Below are positions 54,135-64,000 of a stretch of DNA of 64,000 nt, piece after piece. Both the position numbers and the translations under genes were made by a program. The notes below the pieces were generated by a model. That model saw nothing but the letters and a program-made list of their open reading frames with translations, had not been told where the DNA came from and did not search any database. How positions within the stretch are numbered: the stretch's first letter is position 1; every line of letters starts with the position of its first letter. The stretch comes from Eledone cirrhosa. Its lineage: Eukaryota. Location of the stretch: positions 35,650,001 through 35,714,000 of the forward strand of contig OZ024746.1 in assembly GCA_964016885.1 (NCBI GenBank). Reading direction: 5' to 3'.

Positions 54135-56556
54135 AAAATATGAATATGAAATGAAAGTGCTTTTATAAAGGAATTTATTAGGTATTGACATATGTTTCTG
54201 TAAGAGACGGAATAACTATGTATCACTGATTGCGTAATCATATAATGTTAGCAAGTATTCGATAGCAAATGTATAATCAGTTGTCACTTCTTCAGAAATA
54301 TTCGATAAATTGGAAAAAAATCAGAAAAAATAAAGTATTTATATTAGTTGTAAGAAAGGAAGAAGAGAAGGGATAGTATATGACAGATGGCAATTCAATT
54401 TGCTGGTAAACAAGTATATAGAAGGTTTTTAATTAGAATACAATGAGTATATGGCTTATTTTATCTAAATAAGAATTTTTGGGAGTGCCTATTTTAATCT
54501 ATATTTGACCAATTTAACAATGGACAAGGTCGTTTGGTGTAGTAGTATTAATACAAATATAAAGTGTCCAGTAAGGAAGAAAGAGATTTTCACTGTTACT
54601 GTATAACAGCAATGCTGGTAGCGTGCTGCTATATGCATTAGGGAATTGAATTAAGAAATCTCATTTTATCTATAGCAGTTTATATTAAATGGTAAAGAAT
54701 AGAAGAGTTGATAGAATTAAGACTAATAGAGAATGTTAATATATATTTTGACAATCAAACGAGGATGGAGACAGGCGTTCAATCCTGGTAGCGTTTGTAA
54801 TATGAAAATGTAGATTTCAAGCGATGGTTACAGTATAACGATCGCTCTATTCTGTTATTTAATAAAATATTTTTGGATTTCATAATACAAAATATTTCCA
54901 TATTACACAATTTACAAAATTCCTGTCCTTGGATAATGGAGGGGCAAGGTATTTTATACCATTTTAGGTTAAAATGTTGGTTATTTTCGCGCAGCTGCAA
55001 AGCCTTGTCTGCGAGTGTTGTTACATAACGCTGATGTTCATGTTTTATCGAATAACAATGTCTATAAAGGCGAGATTTCAAGGAGGTAGCTGTAGACCCC
55101 ACATAGTACCACTTCCGGCTAACCGATTCGATAGTACATTTGTATATAATGTTGCGTTCAAGACACTGATTGTTCAACGGACATGTTCCTGGTTGGATAC
55201 AGTTACAGTTATAATTATGCGTTGTTGTATTACCATGGATGGGTAATACAACAACGCATAATATATAATAAAATCTTAAACCCTAACACTATTCGACTTT
55301 CATATTCAAATGCCCCTAATATTGAACAACACATAAAAAAGCTTAACGCAAAACGGTTGTATAAACGCCTTCCAACACATAACAATACACGTAAAACATC
55401 ACAAAACAACATCACAAAACAACAATCAACATCCCGTCCTGCCTAAGCAACCTCATCAACCCATCCATGGTAATACAACAACGCATAATTATAACTGTAG
55501 CTGTGTCCAACCAGGAATGTGTCCGTTGAACAATCAGTGTCTTGAACGCAACATCATATACAAATATACTATCGAATCGGGTAGCCAGAAGTGGTACTAT
55601 GTGGGGTCTACCTCCTTCAAATCTCGCCTTTATAGACATCGTTACTCGATAAAACATGAAAACCAGCGTTATGTAACAACACTCGCTGACAAGGCTTGGC
55701 AGCTGCGCGAAAATAACCAACAATTTAACCTAAAATGGGATATAATATCTCCTGCCCCTCCATATTTCCAAGGACAGGAATTTTGTAAATTGTGTAATAT
55801 GGAAATATTTTGTATTATGAAATCCAAAAATATTTTATTAAATAACAGAATAGAGCGATCGTTATACTGTAACCATCGCTTGACAACTACATTTTCATAT
55901 TACAAACGCTACCCGGATTGAACGCCTGTCTCCATCCCCGTTTGATTGTCAAAATACATATTAACATTCTCTTTTAGTCTCAATTCTATCAACTCTTCTA
56001 TTCTTTACCATTTAATATAAACTGCTATAGATAAAATGAGATTTCTTAATTCAATTCCCTAATGCATATACCAGTACGCTACCAGCATTGTTGTTATACA
56101 GTAACAGTGAAAATCTCTTTCTTCCTTACTGGACACTTTATATTTGTATTAATACTACTACACCAAACGACCAGCCCTGTCCATTGTTCAATTGGTCAAA
56201 TATAGATTAAAATAGGCACTCCCATAAATTCTTATTTAGGATAAAATAAGCCATATACTCATTGTATTCTTATTAAAAACCTTCTATATACTTGTTTACC
56301 AGCAAATTGTCATATACTATCCATTCTCTTCTTGCTTTCTTACAACTAATATAAATACTTTAATTTTTCTGATTTTTTCCAATTTATCCAATATGTCTGA
56401 AGAAGTGACAACTGATTATACATTTGCTATCGGATACTTACTAACATTATATGATTACGCAAGCAGCGATACATAGGTATTCCGTCTCTTACAGAAGCAT
56501 ATGTCAATACCTAATAAATTCCTTTATAAAAGCACTTTCATTTTATATTCATCTTT
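54135..56556. mobile_element. ~2.4 kb palindrome of two inverted 5'-truncated copies of a second Naiad-type family (GIY-YIG domain + 3' UTR)
   Basis: The minus copy is 54135-55243 and the plus copy 55262-56556. ORFs 54779-55177(-) and 55517-55921(+) encode CPLNNQC..IIY..YVG..FKSRLYRH..CKLC..CNH, and NTIRLSYS lies upstream. Confidence 0.9.
54183..54300 (-). ncRNA. Possible hammerhead with long stem II (mirror copy 56392-56509 +)
   Basis: TATT(T)-CTGAAGA-~90 nt including ACTGATT/AATCAGT-GAAA-CATATG-TC|-AATA. Stem I and the base of stem II are imperfect. Confidence 0.45.
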
Positions 56557-56606
56557 TCTAGATTTTCTCCGGAATATATATATGTGCATATATATATACA
56601 CACACA

Positions 56607-56662
<56 letters not shown>

Positions 56663-56665
<3 letters not shown>

Positions 56666-57290
56666 TAAAACATGTCTATAGAATCACCAGATAAAATATA
56701 TACCATTTCCTCTCCCAATTACCATATTTAACCATATAAAAAATCGAATAGACAAGGCTATAAGAATAAGGCTTCTATGAAGAAATCTCCAACAAAAAAT
56801 AACCGAAACCAGCCCTTCGCGCCGGCTGCGACGAAATATGTATCGAATATTTCGACAGCGTAATCGCACAGATATACAGTCAATTAAACAGAATTATGTG
56901 TAAAATAAACTAGGAGAAACCATGGTCGAGGTAAATAAATGTATTCACTTTTCTCCTAGTTTATTTTACACCTAATTCTGTTTAATTGACTGTTTATTTG
57001 GGCGATTACGCTGTCGAAATATTCGATAAATATTCCGTCGCAGCCGGCGCGAAGGGCTGGTTTCGGTTATTTGTTGGAGATTGCTTCATTGAAGCCTTAT
57101 TCTTATAGCCTGGTCTATTCGATTTTTTATATCGTTAATTATGCTAATTGAGAGAGGAAATTGTATATATTTTATTTGGTGATTCTTTAGACATGTTTTA
57201 AGATATATAGCTCTGATTATTTAATTTATTAACTTTTCAGTGAGCCACAAAGTGACCCGTTGCAAAACACGTATATCTATATATGTATAT
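56663..57290. mobile_element. Third, palindromic copy of the 660 bp HHR element family
   Basis: Homologous to about 30370-30720. The fold-back junction near 56915 falls at the HHR GAAA (ctaggaGAAAccatggTCgagg). (TA)n lies on both sides. Confidence 0.85.
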
Positions 57291-58109
57291 ATATATATAT
57301 ATATGCTTCCTTAGGTGTATCTGTGTGTAGTCAACTGTTAGACATATTCGATAGTAGTATTTAGTTTTGTTTGAGGGATGCTATGATGACGGTGTTGTAG
57401 ATTTCTGTGACATGCTTATGTGTATGAATGCCCGATGGTGTTTATAATTATGTTTGAGTATGTAAGCGAGTACGTGAAACCTTGATAAATAAAAGCGGTG
57501 GATTTGATTGATCAGGTCTATAAACGTGAGAAGAATATCTCGTTCGCATTTATAAAGCCACTATCCATCATTAGAACAGCGAGATACATAGGGGATGTGG
57601 GCGAGGGGTTTTGTGTATGTGTGTAGTAATTGAAAATGAAAAAAAAGAGACAGAAATAGATAGCTAGATATATATTTTGAGAAGAGGAATAGGAACGACA
57701 ACGAGACAGACAGACAGATTGACAGGCATGTGCACAGACAGACTCCGAGGGTGATTTGTTAGTTTAGTTTAGAGAATCACGAAGGAGCCGATGTTGTATA
57801 GAGAAATCTGTGTGAATTTGTTGCTTGGTGGAACGTAAGGTGAGGATTTATTAACGAGGGATGCGAGAGCTACTGAATTACATGGAGAAAGATTCAATGA
57901 AAATGGAGAAAACATGAATAATTTTAAGGGCAATTTCTATAGTAAGCAAGGTCGGAATTTTGTCAGCATTTTTAGTCGGCTAATTCTGTTAGAATATCAC
58001 TGGGACTATAACTTACTGATCGCAATATATTCAAGGGCAAAGTGTAACTAGGACGCATTTGAACAGAAAATAAGTGCCGTAACTAGATAAAATAAAAATT
58101 ATATTAATA

Positions 58110-58290
58110 ATAATTGTTTCTACTTTAGGCACAAGGCCAGCAATTACCCAGTGCACTACTGGTACTTTATTTTATCGACCCCGTAAGGATGAAAGGCAAA
58201 GTCAAGCTCGGCGGGATTTGAACTCAGATCGTAAAGGGATGTAACTATGCTGGAAAGCATGGCATCCGACCTTCTACCGATACTGCCAAT
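58110..58290 (-). mobile_element. SINE (second family); related plus-strand copy near 59478-59640
   Basis: Minus strand has B-box GAGTTCAAATCCC followed by ctttgcctttcatcc..ggggtcgataaaataaagtacc. The same motifs occur near 59550-59610. Confidence 0.65.
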
Positions 58291-58379
58291 CCACCGCCAA
58301 TTATATTAATAATAATGGTCAACAATTTTGGTGGGCGGGGAAAGTCGATTAAATCGACCCCACAACTTGAAATAATAAA

Positions 58380-59000
58380 CTTTCTTTTTTGGTCATCAGT
58401 GTGGAAAAAGAAGGGAGAGTACAAATCGAGAGTACAATTTGTGCAAAAAAGGTATGTATTGTGTAAAAACCACGAACGCATATAACAAAATCGTAATTAA
58501 TTAAAACAGAATTCCTCATTAATAGGGAGTATAACCCAGGGGTAGATTTGAAATCCCACACATCCTAAACCACCCTAATCGCGAAGGGGAAACCAAGGAA
58601 TGTACCACCTCCTCTCTGAACTCTCAAACAAACAGGTGCATACTATATTCACCCACCGGCAAAACGATTTACTGGATAGGGGAAGAGAACCTTCCTCTCC
58701 ATCCTCACTTCTGTTTCAAAGTGGAACTTGAAAATGTCGATGAGGTGTCTATATTCAATCCTTTCAATCACGTAGTCCACATAACCTCTTTCGTTATATC
58801 CACCAGACACAGGATAACTGCCTGCTCTTCTCGGTCAAATGAAGATGGCAAGGAGATATTAAAGATAGAGTCGACAGGGACCAACGAAGTTTCATGACAA
58901 AATGGACAAATGGAAACCTTGTAAAGACTGGACAGCTACAGAAAATCAGGATGAAACAGTAAGAATGATATTCAATGCACACAAAGCCCAATCCTATGTA
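58380..59000 (-). pseudogene. Old 3' relic of a Tx1 LINE related to 23501-29270
   Basis: Reads DSIFNISLPSSFDREEQAVILCLVDITKEVMWTT*LKGL..IFKFHFETEVRMERKVL, which aligns by eye with ESIVMIKPPPPFKDEAEAVFLCVIAMAKEVVWWTRLKGL..FFRYHFGRRIRMEREVL. Confidence 0.7.
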
Positions 59001-59871
59001 CCACACACATAATCATACACACATGAAAGCATATGAATTAAACGGAAATACCGAAAGCAAAATATTTTAATAGGGAAAAAAAAAAAAAATCGAAACAGTC
59101 TGAAAATAATTTCAATACGAAGAGTCAGAAACAAAAGTTTAGAAACGAATACGAAAGGAAACGTAACAAACTCAAAATATTTTTCATATATATACTACGT
59201 ATTCACAGAAATTGAAAAAAAAAGATCAACTCTATACGGATAGAAAATTACAAGAGAACGCTGGATAAACGATGGCTAGTTGGAAGTATTCTATACATTT
59301 TGCACAGCACACTCTACCCGAAAATGGAAAGAACAAAAGAAGTATGGAATGAAAAAAATGTAATGTAAAATACTCCATAGATTACCATTCAAATTTATTG
59401 GGAATCGTTTAATAAATACAGAAACCTCTTAAGAAGTAAATAACGTTTATCAATGCTTGACATTCAGAAATTAGGACCGGGGTTTGGCAGAATCATTAGA
59501 TGTCGAACAAAATGCTTTGAAGTATTTATTTATAGGCCTATACGTTCTGTGTTCAAATCCCACTGAGGTTAGCTTTGCCTTTCATCCTTACGGGATCAAT
59601 AAATAAAACACAAGTAATGCATGGCAGGCGATTTAATATGACCTTCTCCTCACCCTACATATGGACATTTCACATGAATGAAACAGTTCTCGTCCTGTAG
59701 AAGTCATTTCTATATCAAATGATGTTGTTTACAATACTAATGAATTGAGTACCTTATTTACTGTGGCTATCCTCGATTTAACTCGGGGTCACTCTCTCTT
59801 TCTCTCTCTCTCCCTCTTTCTTTCTCCATCTCTCCCCCCTCTATCTCCCCCTCTCTCGCTCTCTGTATGTG

Positions 59872-59905
<34 letters not shown>

Positions 59906-59947
59906 TATATGTTTATATATATATATATGAGAAGAAGAAGAAGAAGA

Positions 59948-60006
<59 letters not shown>

Positions 60007-60638
60007 TGTACGTCCATGTTTGCGTGAGTGTTAGAGTGTGCGCAAGTATGCTTTCTGTATCCATATATATATTTAGATACATATTTATGAATGCTCAAAC
60101 AACACACATTCGCATAACTATGCATGTATGTATATACATTTATTCTATCTTAAATTTTAGAGCTTACACATACGCTACATTTTATCATCAGGATGACAAA
60201 GGAGACTTGAAACTCGCTAAAGATTCGAGTTAGCTTGCATAATATAAAACCTAGAATAATGTAATGGCGAATGTATAATTATTCACATAATACATAGGCT
60301 TGAATATTTAAAAAGAATTATTGATATATAGATATATATTATCAGCATCGTTTATCAAAACGCAAGGAGAGCTCTTTGTTTTCATGAAGTATACTCAAAG
60401 CTAAATTCAGATAATTATGCATTACTTCTAAAGTTAGAGAGTTGCCTAAAAGCCTACATATAATATTCCATTACAAAATCCTGCAGTTACAACTCTACGT
60501 ATCCCGCCTTTTCTACGTGATATCCCTCTGTATGTGTGCGCGCGCGCACGCACACCCACCCACACACCCATATATATATATATTTAAATATACATATACA
60601 CACAAATAAATATGTATTATATATATATTATATATAGA

Positions 60639-61480
60639 GTTATAAACTCAAATAGTCTTTTACAATTAATTAGCTCAAAGAAAGGAATATTTCTGAGCCG
60701 TGTAATACAAATGAATACATGGTAGGGATAAACACTGATACAAGTATACATGTGTTTGTATTGCAAATAACCAAGTTAGCTAGAGTGAAAAATACTAATT
60801 AAAATAATACGGTTTGCCTGTCTCGATTTAAAATAATAAATCAATAAAAACAAATCTATATTGGTAAAAGCCGTGATACCTGGACAAATTTAAATTTTAA
60901 ACTTCAAATTTGTTTCGCAACAATCTAGCTAACTTGGTCATTTGCAATAGGAACACATGTATAATCGTATCAGTGTTTATCCCTACCATATATATTGATT
61001 TGTATTACACGGTTCAGAAATATTCCTTTCATTGAGCTAATTAATTGTAAAAGACTATTTGAGTTTATAACATCCGTTGAGCTAATTTTTTAGTCCCATG
61101 AAACCGGCTGCTATTTTTAGCGGCACAAGTATAGGACGCGTTAGACGCTGTGATCATGTGCGTTAAAAAACACATCTCTCCCAGTCTTCATTAGTATTTC
61201 GAAGTGAAACTTACCAATTTCTGGATACCTGCAGAAGAGCACAGAAATAGGAACTTTCACTTAATCGTTACGAAATAAATTTGAAGTTTAAAATTTAAAT
61301 TTGTCCAGGTATCACGGCTTTTGCCAATATAGATTTGTTTTTATTGATTTATTATTTTAAATCGAGACAGGCAAACTGTATTATATTAATTAGTATTTTT
61401 CAATCTAACTAACTTGGTCATTTACAATACGAACACATGTATACTCGTATCAGTGTTTATCCCGACCATATATTCATTTG
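60639..61480. repeat. Unclassified element with inverted copy plus ~480 bp partial tandem
   Basis: 60639-60783 is inverted at 60924-61070 and partly again at about 61405-61480. 60785-60917 is inverted at about 61270-61405. Flanks are TA-rich. Confidence 0.82.
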
Positions 61481-61526
61481 TATATATATATATATATGTG
61501 TGTTTGTGTGTGTGTATATGTATATT

Positions 61527-61617
<91 letters not shown>

Positions 61618-63258
61618 ATGCATATGCAATTCAATGTTTAAACATTGTTAAACATTGGTATTTTCCTATAGACAATGCATTAAAGCAATACTCTATTATT
61701 TTACTAGTATTCACAAATATGTCTGTCGAATTCATTTTTATGCAATCTTTCCATTTAATACACATACACTCACATACTCACACACACACACAGGAATATT
61801 ATAAGTCTCGTCTAAAGTCTGGCTCAAGCCACATGCTCAATATATCGGGACTTACTTATCCTGAATTACTGGCGTGATGTAACTGAGAGTACATGACCCC
61901 CCCCCCCCCCCCCCCCCCACAGGTCAGGTCACGGCTCATCGCAGCTTTAAACGCCGTAATATTGCTGGTGTTAATTTGAGTATATTAGAGCAACCTGAAA
62001 CGAAATATTTTGCTCAAGAACACAACAACCACCCGGCAGAGTAATCGAACCCTCGTCATTATGCCCGTGGTTCCAAAAGGGAACGTGCCTCCACTTTATA
62101 TTTATATATACACATTAAGCAATTTGATATCCAATAGAATCTCGAGGGACCAACTATTGTTGTAGAATAGATTACCGCTGTGGATATATATATATATTAG
62201 TATAGTGTACCATTGACTGTATACTGATGGAAATGGATCGTGTTTAAGAATGCATCATGTACAGAATACACTTAATATTATTTCATTTAGCATTCATTTT
62301 CATAAGTGTCTTAAGAATACAGAATTACCACAAGCACAGAAAATACGTACCAAGTAATGGAATAAAGGGAAGGGGGAGCGCAAAATCCCCATCAAATCTG
62401 CTACAATCATGAATGTGTCTATTGATCTTTCTATAGGTTTTTCGTCCATACGATATGTCTTATGAAAACATCCGCTACGTTTATCGGAATTTTAAACATC
62501 GCAGTTCATTTACGTAACAATGATTATCACAAAATTAATAACTGAACACAAAATAACGGTTAAAATAATTGTTTAACTGATTTCCTTCATGTTCATTACA
62601 TTCCTGAAAACAAAACCAAAGAGACTTTTGTACATTATTAAAGAATACACTATCAATATTTGCATTTCGTATCCTTAATTTTTCTTTTAATTCTATAGCA
62701 ATTATCACATTTACTTACAGAAGGTAACAAATATGAAGATATTATGTCAAAGTGTTATTTTACTGGTGCGACACTTTTGTGCAAGTCTATATAAAGGTGA
62801 AAATTACCGTCTGATGACCTGGAACCTGAGACGCATGGTTGTAGATAGGGATGTTTCGGTCACACTTCCCAGACTCACATCAACCCGCATAGATTCCTAA
62901 TATAATAATATATAACGATTATTATTTTAGTTTAGAATTTGATATTCCTTCATAATTCCGAATGTAAAAGGAAAAGCGATTTCAAAAGCATTATGAGTAA
63001 ATTCAATATACGTTTTTGCGGCTGCATTTGCAATGTGCCACTACAGATGCAATGAAGAGAGTATAGACATACATATATATGTATCTAAGAAACTCTTCCT
63101 ACATATACAGATACTAACGTACATACATCTGCACAAACCGATACACACACACAAGGGATAAATGAAACTTATACGGATTACATACCGATCTTCCGAAAAT
63201 CCGAATGTTACAAAATAGTAACTGACACACTGACTACATATGCAAACACACACACACT

Positions 63259-63435
<177 letters not shown>

Positions 63436-63666
63436 CTGTGTGTGTGTGTGTAAATAGCATACACTGAATCGCTCTCCAGATAGCTAATGCTGTGTTCAAC
63501 ATGCGCATTATCTCTACCTTAATGAAGCTGTCAGAATTGTCAGCGAATATCCTTAATAGCAGTTGACGTTTTGTGTTAGAGCGCTTCTAGTATGATTCCA
63601 TCGCATCTAGATTCTTGGAGATACATAAGCACTACCAAACGTACACAGGTGCACAAATATATGCTC

Positions 63667-63742
<76 letters not shown>

Positions 63743-64000
63743 AGAGAGAGATAGTGAGAAAGCAAGAGAGAGGAGGGAAAGATAGAGAATGAGAGATTCT
63801 TTCAAGTTTCTCTTTACATGTTATTCATAATTTCTCGACTTCTTCCTCTGTACCTAATTATAATTCATATCACCACCTATATACTTCTCGTCTAATTCGT
63901 CCTAGAATGTCTTCATCATATGAATATTTACTGATAGACGTATACTTCACATGGCTACCGTCTGTTGTTTTACCAGTGCCTGTCTCAAATGAGACTCAAC

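Overview
This is a repeat-dense, AT-rich eukaryotic window with no recognisable host exon. The (TA)n/(GA)n/(CA)n load and the SINE/mariner families look like a coleoid cephalopod (Octopus-like), which is an inference. It holds an almost full-length L1/Tx1 LINE embedded in (TA)n and three kinds of Penelope-like retroelements (PLEs): a Naiad-type YRDD element with pseudo-LTRs and an inverted partial copy, a Neptune-type element and an unassigned PLE. Also present are two CRE-type RLE LINE relics, RTE, old Tx1 and Tc1/mariner relics, SINEs, a non-autonomous Helitron and a 200-N gap. The most notable signal is a set of hammerhead-ribozyme (HHR) motifs found by eye in about eight repeat families. 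They include a U3-A8 core variant with cross-copy support, and a ~660-680 bp ORF-less tandem/inverted element (retrozyme-like) whose two subfamilies show compensatory changes in all three helices. About ten insertions share one architecture: inverted, tail-out copies joined at fold-back junctions, mostly ending in (TA)n. All folds were derived manually and none is validated computationally or experimentally.
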